A stretch of 64,000 nucleotides of DNA from Planctomycetota bacterium. Its GTDB lineage: Bacteria > Planctomycetota > B15-G4 > JADJEK01. The translations under genes and the position numbers were made by a program. This document shows, one piece after another, positions 21,107 to 30,425 of the stretch (its first letter is position 1; each line of letters starts with the position of its first letter). Where the stretch lies: positions 1-64,000 of the forward strand of contig JBGAIQ010000002.1 of assembly GCA_044225365.1 (NCBI GenBank), in the 5' to 3' direction. Below the pieces are notes generated by a model that saw nothing but the letters and a program-made list of their open reading frames with translations, made no database searches and was not told the origin of the DNA.

Positions 21107-23827
21107 TCATGGCGTGACCGCCTTCACCGCGTTGCTGCTGCTGAAGCCGAAGATGCCGGCGCCGTCGATCATCCATTCCTGGAAGTAGAGTTCGACGCCT
21201 GCCGGAACTCCTGTCGGCCAGGTACCGCTCAGCAGGATCGATCCGGTCGCATCGGTGACGAGCCCGCCGAAGACGATGTCCGGACTCGGCACGAGGACGC
21301 CTCCGTAGAGCGGCGCGAACATCCCGGACGCTCCGATCACGAGGGCGACCGGCGCGGCCGCCGCGCCGTGGGTAAGCGAGAGGCTCACGCTCGTCGAAGG
21401 CGCGAGCGATCCGGCGGGAGAGAGCTTTGGCGATCCCTGACTTCCGGCGAGGGCGTGACCGAGTTCGATCCACGGCGACGCGCCGCCGACCAGAGTGAAG
21501 CCGACGCGGTATGCGGCGAACGGGGCCTGCTCCTCGAAATCGGACCAGCCGACGAGCGTCGAGCCGATCCCGAGTCCGACCACGGTCGGCCAGGCCTCGG
21601 GCCCGGGCGACGTCGCGAGCGCGATCCCATTTGGATCGAGGACTGTTCCGCCGAGCGTCACGCGCGTGGCGTAGATATCGGTGCGCCGGTCGAAGAGGTA
21701 GTTCGCGACATTCGCTCGAGTGTCCTGCCACGCGACGACGAACTGATTGCCGTCGAAGGTGGCGCGAGGCCACTGCTGAGCGAGGGCGTTCGTGCTGACA
21801 TCGATGTTCGCTCCGAGCAGCGCGAGCCCAGGTCCGATCCGCCGCGCGACGATGTCCTCGGTGAGGCTCGAACTCGGCCCTCGCTTCCAGACGACGAGCG
21901 CGGTCGAGTCTCCGACCGCGAGTGCGGGCTGCGAGTTGTACGTCGAGGTCGAACTGACGAAGCTCTGCGTGCCCGGAACGTTCTGCGCGCTCACGAGGCG
22001 CAGTCCGATCGTCGAATGGGGGTCGTCGTGGCTCGGATGGACTTCCCACGCGACGAGGAATCCGTTGTCGAACGCCTCGACCATCTGATCCGTGGCGTAG
22101 CTGTTGCCGACCGAGACCGAGGAAGCATCGAGGACTGCTCCGGTCGATGCGCTCACGCGTCGCGACCGCACCTGGACGAACTGCGGATTCGCTTCGGGGA
22201 CGAGAGCCGTGACCAGGAACGTATCGCCTCGAGCAGCGACATCGCTGCGCGAACCGGACATGACGAAGAAGGGTGCCGTGTCGATCGGTTGAGCGTTGGC
22301 GTCGATCCGTCGCGCCTGGACTCCACTCGGCCCACTCCAAGTCACGAGTCCGATCGTGCCGTTGAACGCAATTCGTGCGTTGCCGAGCGAAGAACCGGAA
22401 GCCAGCTCGACGGCGGCTCCGAGCGGATCACCGAGACGGCTCACACCCTGAACGAGGACGCGCGTGAGTCCAGAGTGGAGGCTCGTCCACACGAGGATTG
22501 CACCGCCGTCGACGCCGCTCGTCGAATCCGCATGTACCTGACTCGGGGCGGAGTTCGCCACGCTGCCGAGGGGAAGCGATGATCCATTCGTGCCGATGCG
22601 CGCGGCGTAGACGTCGTTCGGCTGGCCCACGTTCACCCGACTGTCCTGCCACACGACGAGACTGCCGTTGCCCGGCAGCATCGCGACGGCCGACGCCTCC
22701 TGTCGCACGGGAAGCGGCTCGACCTCGAAACCATTGAAGTCGAGAACGACGCCCGCGGCCGAGATGCGACCGGCGTTCACGCGCAGGCCTCCCGTCGCCG
22801 GTTCGGTCCACGACGCGATCCACTGCGTGCCATCCCAGCCGACGGCGGGCTCCGAGCCCTGGAACCCGTAACCGTTGTCGTCGTAGATCGCGACGCCGAT
22901 CGGACCGTCGAGCACTCCGCCCGCAGTCGTGACGCGAGTGCCGTAGACCTTGCTCGCGCCGCCGACGCAGCACGTGTTGTAACGGTCCCACACCACGAAG
23001 AACTGGGCTCCGTTGGTCGCGACCTCGGGATTCACCTCGTAGTCGGTGGAGGTCGCCACGTCGAACGCCGCGCCTTGCGGTGTCAGTACGGAGTCCGTGA
23101 GCCGCGCGCGGATGTCGTCGAGGTTGTTGCTCCACTGCGACCACGTCACGAGATATCGATTGCCAGCCCATTCGGCCGAGACGCCGACCGGAGTGAACGG
23201 GGAACCGCCCGGGCTGTGGATGCGCTTGGGCGTCGCGTCGAGGAGCGTGCCGTTCGCAGCGATGCGCGAACCGTACACCCATGCCACCGCGCCCTCCCAG
23301 CCGGTGAAGAACACCGACCAGCCAGCTCCGTCGCTCGCGACATCACCGAACGTGCCCGAGCCGAGATCGGAGCGCACGAGGATGGGAACCGTGTCGAGCA
23401 CCGTGCCATCGGGTGCGACGCGCGCCGCGAAAATCGCATCGGTGTAGAACGACGCCGTCGAGATCTGCCCGACCCACGCGACGAGCCAATTCGTGCCGTT
23501 CCACGCAACCTTCGGCGAACGCTGGTCGCCGCCGCCCATGTGGATCGGGAACGGAGTCGCGTCGATCGGCGCGCCGGTCGCGTCGAGTCGCACTGCGAAG
23601 ATGTCCTGGCTGGACTGCTCGCCGGTGTCGAGCGGAGAGGTGCGGGCGTCTTGCCATACGGCGAGGATCTGGTTCCCGCCGGTGCAGAGAACGGGCGCGA
23701 CCTGATTCCCCGCGGCCGCCGCGATCCCGTTGTCTCCAGTGAGGAACGTCGGAGGCGTGACGGCGAGCGCGGATGCCGCGGCGATTACAGCAAAGGTCGT
23801 CGAGACGAGCATTCGGGCGATATTCAT
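21107..23827 (-). CDS. Secreted repeat (beta-propeller-like) protein with conserved C-terminal domain
   Basis: Signal peptide MNIARMLVSTTFAVIAAASALA; repeated P.VA(W/F)(N/D)G..(W/F)LV.W and DI(Y/F)A.R...G.VLD units; C-terminus WIELGHALAG...SNAVKAVTP. Confidence 0.85.
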   Translation of the reverse strand: MNIARMLVSTTFAVIAAASALAVTPPTFLTGDNGIAAAAGNQVAPVLCTGGNQILAVWQDARTSPLDTGEQSSQDIFAVRLDATGAPIDATPFPIHMGGGDQRSPKVAWNGTNWLVAWVGQISTASFYTDAIFAARVAPDGTVLDTVPILVRSDLGSGTFGDVASDGAGWSVFFTGWEGAVAWVYGSRIAANGTLLDATPKRIHSPGGSPFTPVGVSAEWAGNRYLVTWSQWSNNLDDIRARLTDSVLTPQGAAFDVATSTDYEVNPEVATNGAQFFVVWDRYNTCCVGGASKVYGTRVTTAGGVLDGPIGVAIYDDNGYGFQGSEPAVGWDGTQWIASWTEPATGGLRVNAGRISAAGVVLDFNGFEVEPLPVRQEASAVAMLPGNGSLVVWQDSRVNVGQPNDVYAARIGTNGSSLPLGSVANSAPSQVHADSTSGVDGGAILVWTSLHSGLTRVLVQGVSRLGDPLGAAVELASGSSLGNARIAFNGTIGLVTWSGPSGVQARRIDANAQPIDTAPFFVMSGSRSDVAARGDTFLVTALVPEANPQFVQVRSRRVSASTGAVLDASSVSVGNSYATDQMVEAFDNGFLVAWEVHPSHDDPHSTIGLRLVSAQNVPGTQSFVSSTSTYNSQPALAVGDSTALVVWKRGPSSSLTEDIVARRIGPGLALLGANIDVSTNALAQQWPRATFDGNQFVVAWQDTRANVANYLFDRRTDIYATRVTLGGTVLDPNGIALATSPGPEAWPTVVGLGIGSTLVGWSDFEEQAPFAAYRVGFTLVGGASPWIELGHALAGSQGSPKLSPAGSLAPSTSVSLSLTHGAAAAPVALVIGASGMFAPLYGGVLVPSPDIVFGGLVTDATGSILLSGTWPTGVPAGVELYFQEWMIDGAGIFGFSSSNAVKAVTP

Positions 23828-23899
23828 GGCGAGGGTTCCCTTCGCAGCGCTTCGCGCGGGTCCGAATCGGCTTGGCGGGCTGCGGGCGAACGATCCGTG

Positions 23900-23915
23900 T
23901 GCAAGAAGCATGCCC
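23900..23915 (-). promoter_or_regulatory. Putative sigma-54 (-24/-12) promoter
   Basis: Minus strand GGGCATGCTTCTTGCA has GG-N10-GC with GGCA and TTGCA elements, about 70 bp upstream of ATG 23827. Confidence 0.55.
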
Positions 23916-24082
23916 CGGACGTTTTCGATCCATCGATCGATTTCGAACCGCCTCGACGCGGGGGAACCGTATGGAGGCCGGACACGCGTCCCGAATGCGG
24001 AGTATTCGACTCTCGTGGGTTCGGTGAAGCCGCGCGAACGTCCCCATCCGAGGCTGCGCGTCATTTCCCTACGAAGAACGCG

Positions 24083-24934
24083 TCAACCGGAAGGGCCTGG
24101 ACTCAGTGATCCGTCCGTTGCTCCGTCACCGAAGAACGTCTGCATCGAGAGGCTGCCATGGCGGAAGCCGCGATGGATGTCGGAGATGCCGTCGTCGTCG
24201 GAGAGAGTTCCGAGGAAGACGAAGAGCGGATCGAAGTGTTCGCTCGTCGGGACCGCGCGTGCGGCGTGCGGTGCCAGTTCGCGGTACCGCGAGAGATGCA
24301 ATCGATCGTGGTCACGGACGCAGCCCCGCACGAAGTCGTCGAATTCGCGCGCCCAGACGGGAGTCGGCGCGAGCGGATCGTTCCAATCGAGTTCCGCGAG
24401 ATTGTGGACGATGCCGCCGGATGCGACGAGGAGCACGCGTTCGTTGCGAAACCGCGCGAGGGCTCGCCCCGTCGCGAGCAGGGTCGCAGGAGTGCGCGGA
24501 ACGGGAAGCGAGATCGCGACGACGGGGATGTCGGCGGCCGGGAACATGAATCGCAGCGGGACCCACACGCCGTGGTCGAGTCCCCGTGAATCGTCGACCC
24601 GGGCGTCGAGTCCCTCGGCCGCAAATCGCTCCGTGATCGCCGTAGCGAGAACCGGGTCGCCCGGCGGCTCGTATTCGATCGCGTAGAGCGCGGGTGGGAA
24701 TCCGCCGAAGTCGAAGATCTGCTGCGGGCGCGGGGAGCCCGTGACCCGAATCGGCGCCGCCGCTTCGAAATGCGCCGAGACGACGACGATCGCCCGTGGC
24801 CGCGGAACGGCGGCGCCCGCTCGCGTCAGCGCGCGCGTGTAGTCGTCATCGTCGAGGAGCACCATCGGAGAGCCGTGGGAGACGAAGACGACGGGCATCC
24901 GCACGCGGGCGAGGGACTCGGGCATCTCAGGCAT
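24083..24934 (-). CDS. Class III extradiol dioxygenase (DODA/YgiD/LigB family)
   Basis: PVVFVSHGSP, VSAH, DFGGFP..LY, RGLDHGVWVPL, SGGIVHNL, PTSEHFDPL. Confidence 0.92.
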   Translation of the reverse strand: MPEMPESLARVRMPVVFVSHGSPMVLLDDDDYTRALTRAGAAVPRPRAIVVVSAHFEAAAPIRVTGSPRPQQIFDFGGFPPALYAIEYEPPGDPVLATAITERFAAEGLDARVDDSRGLDHGVWVPLRFMFPAADIPVVAISLPVPRTPATLLATGRALARFRNERVLLVASGGIVHNLAELDWNDPLAPTPVWAREFDDFVRGCVRDHDRLHLSRYRELAPHAARAVPTSEHFDPLFVFLGTLSDDDGISDIHRGFRHGSLSMQTFFGDGATDGSLSPGPSG

Positions 24935-25029
24935 TTGGAGATCGAGGATAGCTCGGTGCGGCGAGGATGCACCGCGCCAAACTCCGGTACACTTCGCCGT
25001 CCACGCGATCGTCCTGGGAATCGAACTCC

Positions 25030-28000
25030 ATGCTTCGCGCCGCGTCCGCCCTCTTCGCCTTCGCGATCGCTTCGTCGACGATTTCCTTCGCCCGCGAGGA
25101 CGCCGCGCCGGCGACCACCGTGAAGGTCGAGGTCGATGCGAAGGACGCATCGCTCACCGGCCTCGTCACCGTGAAGTTCGAGTTCGTGCCGTACGAGGAT
25201 TTCGATCGTTCGTGGCTCGTGCGATTGCAGTTCGCATCGAACGACAAGACGATCCTCGACGTCGATCACGCGCCCACGCCGTCGACGAAGACATGGAAGA
25301 AGGACAAGCCGGTCCGTTACTCGATTCCTTGCGCGTTCCCGTTCGATGTCGGCGGCGGCGCGAAGGTGAAGCCCGGCGCGTTCGTCGACGTGCGACTCGG
25401 ATTCGTCGATCCCGCGACGGGCGAAGCGCACGGCGCGGGTGAACTGATGGCGTTGCCCGGGCCATTGCCCTCGGTCACCGATTTCGAGGCGCCGAAGGTC
25501 GATCCCGTCGAGTCCGACGAGCGCGTGAAGGCGCTCGTGCTCGCCGCGCGCGAGCGCAAGAGCAAGAGCAGTCCGGCCGATGCCTGGTCGATCCTCGAAC
25601 TCGGCATCCGCGCCGCGACGGAAGATCGATTCAAACTGCAGTTACGCGACGAGATCATCGCTCTCGGCCACTTCCCGCCGCGCGCGATCTCCGCGGTGGA
25701 GCAGCGGATCGTCGAACAGCGCATCCGCGAGGAACGCGAGCGTTGGCTGCGATTGCAGTCGGGGCGCTTCTTCGACCAGAAGCACTTCCACGCGGCGATG
25801 ATGATCCTGAAGGAGATCGGCGGCAGTCTCTCCGAGAAGGCCGACGCCGCCGTGATGGGCGCGCTCGCCGACGCCGAGCGCGCGCAGCAGGATCTCGACG
25901 GCGTGAAGAAGGCGCTGCTCGACTACGTGCCGCAGGACGAAGCCACCGAGGTCGAGAGCTCGATCCAATCGCTCGGCCTCACGAAAGCGCTGTACGACAA
26001 GGCCGAGGCCTGGCACAAGAAGAAGCGCTTCGGCGCTGCGCGACGGACTTTTCGAGAATTGCTCCGCGCCGAATCGAACGAACTCGTCGACGAAGTTCGC
26101 AAGCGGATCGAGGAGGTCGAGGCGGAGTGCCTCGCCGCCGTTCCAGATGCGGAGAAGGCGGAAGCGCAGACGGCGATCGACAACCCCGTGTTCTCGCGCA
26201 CGGTCGCCGTGCCGAGCCACCGCTTCATCTTCATCGGTCCCAAGGGGCTGGTCGAGAGCATGCCGCCGGACTCGGTGCGGCGATTCGATCTCGCGTACGT
26301 GTTCCTCACCGATCTGTTCGGACGCGTGCCCAATCCCGATGGCGATCGCGTCACGGTCTACTTCAAGGAGCTGTGGGATTTCGGCGGCGGCGTCGGTGGC
26401 GGCAAGATCATCGATATCGGCAACGCGGATCCCAAGGCCAAGGGCACTCGCGTCGACAACGGACTGCTGTATCACGAGCTGACGCACTGCATCGACGACA
26501 CCGCGCCCGTCTTCGAGGGCTTTCACGAAGGGCTCGCAAACTTCGGCGCGGCGTACGCCTACGAGATGCTCGCGCAGCAGGAGGATTCGCTCCACTCGTT
26601 CAAGGGCAACCTGGAAGCGTTCGAGAAGGAGTACCTCGGTCGCGATCTCGAGTACTGGCGCATCCAGAACTATGGCCCGAGCGCGGGCTTCTTCCTCTCG
26701 TTCGAGGAGAAGCACAGCAAGACGAAGGAGGGTCACGACTGGAAGCCGTATCGCAAGTTCTTCCGTGAGTACCGCGAGGCACCGGTACGCGACGGACGCG
26801 AGCCGTACATCGCTCGAGCGCTCGCTCACTATCTGGTGCGGGCGTTCGGTCCCGCGGCATTCGACGATCTCGTGAAGTACCGGTTCCCGCTCACCGAAGT
26901 CGATCGCAAGCTCGTCGACCAGGAGATCTCCGCGTTCGAGGGCGATCAGAACGGCTCGCTCGATCCGTTCGAGAGTGGTGACGCCTACAAGAACTTCCCG
27001 GGCTCGCCGCTGCCGCGCGACGTGCGATCGGGAAAGCTGCTGCGACTCGCGTCGATCATGGGTGGCTACGCCGCGGCGCGCAGCTACGGCGAAAAGCAAC
27101 TCGGAGTCGTGTACGAGTGGAAGGTGATCGGTCCGTTCGTCGCGGGCGATGCCGATCCGCTCGCCTGTCCGTTCGCGCCGGAATCGAAGATCGACTTCGC
27201 CGAGCAGTACACGATGGGGAACAACATCTGCATATGGCAGAAACCAGGGACGCGACCGCCCCTCACGCAGGACGGCACGGGCTGGGTGAAGATCGAGTTC
27301 CCGTATCAGGACAACACCGCGATCTATGCCTACACGACGGTGTCGGTCGACAAGGATGTCGACGCCGTCGCGCACATCCGCGCGGACGACGACCTGCTCC
27401 TGTTCGTCGATGGCGTTCGGATCGAGAGCTACTTGAATCGCGGCGAGAACTCGAGCACTCCGTTCAACTGGCGCGGGCCGCGGCGCGAAGTGGCCGATGC
27501 CGTGCGATTCCCTGTGACGCTGCACGCCGGCAAGAACGTGATCCTGCTCAAGATCAAGAATCGAGCGGGAGAAGCCGGCTACGCGCTCGCGCTCTCGCGG
27601 CCCGATGGTTCGGTGCTCGACGGAGTGGGGTTTCGAGCGTCGGCGGACGAGGCGCCGGGCGTCGTCGTCCCGGTCATCGAGGCTGGGAACTGGAAACGCG
27701 TCTACTACCAGTCCTTCAAGAACAAGTCGTTCGGCGGCAAGATCGACGTCGCGGTGGGGGCGTTCAAGGCGCGTGAAGGCGCATTGCAAGGGGAGATGAC
27801 GAATCGCGGAGTCGAATGGCGGAAGTTCACGGTGCGCCCCGGATTCCCCAAGGACTCGCCGTCGAATCTCGCGTGGTTCGCGCAAGATCTCACGAAGGGC
27901 GTGACCGATTTCAAGCTGATCGTGGACTTCGACGACGACAAGCCGCCGAAGATCGCATTCACCTTCCAGGGCGAAGGCAACTCCGACGGCCTCTCGGGGT

Positions 28001-28284
28001 GGAATCTCCTGCTCGATCCACGCGGCGACAAGGTCAGTGCGTCGCTCGAACGCTACGACCGACTCGTCACGCAGGCGCCCTCGCAGAAGGCGAGCGGCAA
28101 GGATCCGTCGCGGCTCTCGATCGTCTACCTGCGAGATCGCCTGACCGTGAGCCTTGGCGACACACTGCTGCTCGATCGAGTGTTCATCGACAAGATCGCG
28201 CCGAGCGGCGAAGCGCGTGAGCGAATCGGTTTCTCGACGTGGGGACTAACTCCGCGGATCAAGGCGATCGAGCTCCTTCGTTGA
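25030..28284 (+). CDS. Large secreted multidomain protein with HEXXH zinc-metallopeptidase motif
   Basis: Signal peptide ending SFA; helical TPR-like region; YHELTH followed by F.EG (gluzincin-like); WKVIGPF and RADDDLLLFVDG (PA14-like); beta-rich C-terminus. Confidence 0.8.
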   Translation: MLRAASALFAFAIASSTISFAREDAAPATTVKVEVDAKDASLTGLVTVKFEFVPYEDFDRSWLVRLQFASNDKTILDVDHAPTPSTKTWKKDKPVRYSIPCAFPFDVGGGAKVKPGAFVDVRLGFVDPATGEAHGAGELMALPGPLPSVTDFEAPKVDPVESDERVKALVLAARERKSKSSPADAWSILELGIRAATEDRFKLQLRDEIIALGHFPPRAISAVEQRIVEQRIREERERWLRLQSGRFFDQKHFHAAMMILKEIGGSLSEKADAAVMGALADAERAQQDLDGVKKALLDYVPQDEATEVESSIQSLGLTKALYDKAEAWHKKKRFGAARRTFRELLRAESNELVDEVRKRIEEVEAECLAAVPDAEKAEAQTAIDNPVFSRTVAVPSHRFIFIGPKGLVESMPPDSVRRFDLAYVFLTDLFGRVPNPDGDRVTVYFKELWDFGGGVGGGKIIDIGNADPKAKGTRVDNGLLYHELTHCIDDTAPVFEGFHEGLANFGAAYAYEMLAQQEDSLHSFKGNLEAFEKEYLGRDLEYWRIQNYGPSAGFFLSFEEKHSKTKEGHDWKPYRKFFREYREAPVRDGREPYIARALAHYLVRAFGPAAFDDLVKYRFPLTEVDRKLVDQEISAFEGDQNGSLDPFESGDAYKNFPGSPLPRDVRSGKLLRLASIMGGYAAARSYGEKQLGVVYEWKVIGPFVAGDADPLACPFAPESKIDFAEQYTMGNNICIWQKPGTRPPLTQDGTGWVKIEFPYQDNTAIYAYTTVSVDKDVDAVAHIRADDDLLLFVDGVRIESYLNRGENSSTPFNWRGPRREVADAVRFPVTLHAGKNVILLKIKNRAGEAGYALALSRPDGSVLDGVGFRASADEAPGVVVPVIEAGNWKRVYYQSFKNKSFGGKIDVAVGAFKAREGALQGEMTNRGVEWRKFTVRPGFPKDSPSNLAWFAQDLTKGVTDFKLIVDFDDDKPPKIAFTFQGEGNSDGLSGWNLLLDPRGDKVSASLERYDRLVTQAPSQKASGKDPSRLSIVYLRDRLTVSLGDTLLLDRVFIDKIAPSGEARERIGFSTWGLTPRIKAIELLR

Positions 28285-28439
28285 CAGCCCGTTGAAGAAC
28301 TCGGCCGGCATTCGCCCGGCTGCGAAGCGCCAGGACTTCGTCGGACATCGTCGCCATATCTTTCCATTGATATGCCTCCTCCTCGTCCTGACGCTTCTCG
28401 CTCGGTCTCGGTGCTCGGCCGACGTCTTCAACGGGGCTG
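28285..28439. mobile_element. MITE-like element (155 bp) with imperfect terminal inverted repeats
   Basis: Left end CAGCCCGTTGAAGAACTCGGCCGGCA; reverse complement of right end CAGCCCCGTTGAAGACGTCGGCCGAGCA; internal hairpin CATATC-N8-GATATG; no transposase. Confidence 0.7.
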
Positions 28440-28664
28440 ACGATCGTGCTCGCCATTGACTTCTTAGACGGCGTTACGCTGGCCTACATGGGGGCGATCC
28501 AGTTCGAGCACTCAGGTGCCGAAAACTTCGTCGACGACATGGTCGCGCGCGCGCTCGATCCGTCGATGCCGGTGATCATCGTGTCCGGTCGTTGAGGCGC
28601 AGGGATCGCGGCCGAACTCGGAACGATGGCGGCGTCGGAGGAGATCGACGCCCTGCGCGTGCTC
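28440..28664 (+). pseudogene. mlaE: Internal fragment of an MlaE-family ABC permease gene
   Basis: Translates as TIVLAIDFLDGVTLAYMGAIQFEHSGAENFVDDMV...IIVSGR*GAGIAAELGTMAASEEIDALRVL. It carries the MlaE signature GRxGxxxAAELGTM..EEIDAL with an in-frame TGA at 28593. Not in the ORF track. Confidence 0.85.
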
Positions 28665-28957
28665 GAAAGGTCAGCGCGTCGCTCGAACGCTACGACCGGC
28701 TCGTCACGCAGGCGCCCTCGCAGAAGGCGAGCGGCAAGGAGCCATCGCGGCTCACGATCCTCTACCTGCGAGATCGCCTCACCGTGAGCCTTGGCGACAC
28801 GACGCTCCTCGATCGAGTGTTCATCGACAAGATCGCGCCGAGCGGCGAAGTGCGTGAGCGAATCGGTTTCTCGACCTGGGGACCCACGCCGCGGATCAAG
28901 GCGATCGAACTGCTTCGCTGATCGGGTCGTCGACGCGATCGATCCTTGCGATCTTCG

Positions 28958-30058
28958 TCAGGTCGTTGGAATCGTCGCAGCGCGTGCCCACGCGACCGCT
29001 TCCTCGGGTCCTGCGGCGTGACCATCCGCGCCGACGGCCCGCCACGTGCTCTCGTCGCGATCGAACGCGCCGCCGCCGACGAGCACGGGAACGAGATGAC
29101 GCGGCGGGCACTTCAGGGCCCTTATCTCGCGAATCGTGTCCATCGCAGCTCGCCGTTGCGTGAAGAGCGTCGCCGACAACACGACGAGATCGACTTCGAA
29201 CTCGACCACGCCCGCAGCGATGTCGTCGGGCGGAATATCGGCGCCGAGGAAGATCGTGCGAAACCCCTCGAGGGCGAGGAAGTCGGAGACGCATCGCAGC
29301 CCGATCTCGTGGCGATCCCCGCTCACCGCCGAGCAGAGCACCGTCTTGGGGATCGGGGTTGCGCGTTTCGCATTCGAGAAGAGTGCCGACATCACGCATT
29401 GCGTCGCGGCCGAGACGAAATGCTCGACGGCGATGCTGATCTCGTTGCGATGCCAAAGGCGCCCGATCTCACGCTGCGCCGGCAGGCAGACCGAGAGATA
29501 AGCGTCCTGCACCGAGATCTTGCCCGCCGCGACCGCTTCCAGGACCGAATCGATCGCCGCTCCGCGATCGCCGAGCAGGAGGTGACGCACGTAGCGATCG
29601 GCGAGCGGATGGAGCGGCGCACGGGCGGATTCGCCGGCATCGGCCTTCTGACCGTTCGCATCGATCTTCTCGATCTCGGCGAGCGCGGACGCGAGACAGC
29701 CGTCGATGTCGCGGACGGCCGCGGGAGGCAGCTTGTCGCTCAGGATTCGGCGCAGTTCGCGCACACCCTCGCGCAGGAAGTCCGACGGGAACTCACGCGA
29801 TCGATACGCGACGTGCGCCCACGTGACCTGCCGCGAGAAGTCGAGTGCGCGACGCGCGGCGACGGCGGCTGCGAGTTCGCGCAAGTGCGTCGCGAACAGA
29901 CTCCGCCACATCGGGACGGCCTTGTCGCCGAAGGGCTGCGCGAGATCCGGCCGGCGCGACGCGAGGGAGTCCGCGACGTCGAACGCATACGCCTCGGCGC
30001 CGCGCTCGAGGAGCGTGCTCGCGAAGAGGCTGGCATCGAACGCGGAAGGAGGGGTCAT
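28958..30058 (-). CDS. Cobalamin-binding protein (helical N-domain, cap and B12 Rossmann domain; CarH/AerR-like motifs, no HTH)
   Basis: EIGRLW...ISIAVEH (W...EH), DRHEIG (B12 His ligand), FLGADIP, LSAT, VLVGG, GADG. Confidence 0.85.
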   Translation of the reverse strand: MTPPSAFDASLFASTLLERGAEAYAFDVADSLASRRPDLAQPFGDKAVPMWRSLFATHLRELAAAVAARRALDFSRQVTWAHVAYRSREFPSDFLREGVRELRRILSDKLPPAAVRDIDGCLASALAEIEKIDANGQKADAGESARAPLHPLADRYVRHLLLGDRGAAIDSVLEAVAAGKISVQDAYLSVCLPAQREIGRLWHRNEISIAVEHFVSAATQCVMSALFSNAKRATPIPKTVLCSAVSGDRHEIGLRCVSDFLALEGFRTIFLGADIPPDDIAAGVVEFEVDLVVLSATLFTQRRAAMDTIREIRALKCPPRHLVPVLVGGGAFDRDESTWRAVGADGHAAGPEEAVAWARAATIPTT

Positions 30059-30169
30059 TGCGAGGGGTACTTTCGAGGACAGAGTCTACTCCCGACGGTT
30101 ACGGTATCGACCATCGTTCGGATGCAGTTCGGGCGAGGTTCGACGGTTGGGGGGCGTGCCGCGCGCGAA

Positions 30170-30382
30170 GGAGCGCCGTGCTCCGCTCGGCAATGGGATG
30201 GAATGCGGAGCGCCGGGCTCCGCCCGGCAATGGATGCCACAAAGGAGCGTGGCGGTCCGGGAAGGCCGGCAGAGGATGGTATGCGGAGCGCCGGGCTCCG
30301 CCCGGCAATGGATGCCACAAAGGAGCGTGGCGGTCCGGGAAGGCCGGCAGAGGATGCCACGCGGGAGCGTGGCGGTCCGGCA
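30170..30382. repeat. Intergenic mosaic tandem repeat (REP/BIME-like), 78-bp period
   Basis: Unit A GGAGCGCCGGGCTCCGCCCGGCAATGG (hairpin GCCGGGC-tcc-GCCCGGC) at ~30170 (degenerate), 30207 and 30285; unit B ATGCCAC..GGAGCGTGGCGGTCCGG occurs three times. Confidence 0.85.
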
Positions 30383-30425
30383 ATCGCTACAGTGAATCCG
30401 AGACCTCTCGCATTGGAGTTCGAAG

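Larger units (their letters stand above)
28030..28921 (+). repeat. 255-bp imperfect direct repeat (28030-28284 and 28667-28921) of the gene 3' end
   Basis: Manual alignment gives 19 substitutions, no indels and 6 amino-acid changes. Both copies end IKAIELLR-TGA. Confidence 0.95.

Noticed and set aside
21111-22340. N-terminal extension of the 1103-aa ORF 19029-22340
   Set aside because: It overlaps the upstream gene in another frame; the real protein begins at 21035 or 21110 with a signal peptide.
28246-28456. Short minus-strand ORFs (61 and 65 aa)
   Set aside because: They lie within the MITE-like element and show no recognisable protein features.
28030-28921. Diversity-generating retroelement TR/VR pair
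   Set aside because: Mismatches are not adenine-specific and are mostly synonymous, and the window has no reverse transcriptase.
28592-28921. 109-aa ORF as an independent gene
   Set aside because: TTG start inside the mlaE debris fused out of frame to the duplicated 3' end; no RBS.
30170-30382. CRISPR array
   Set aside because: The intervening sequences are themselves repeated, there are no unique spacers, and no cas genes are present.
30059-30425. Cobalamin riboswitch upstream of the B12-binding gene
   Set aside because: No B12-box or other conserved riboswitch elements were recognisable by eye; an Rfam scan would settle it.
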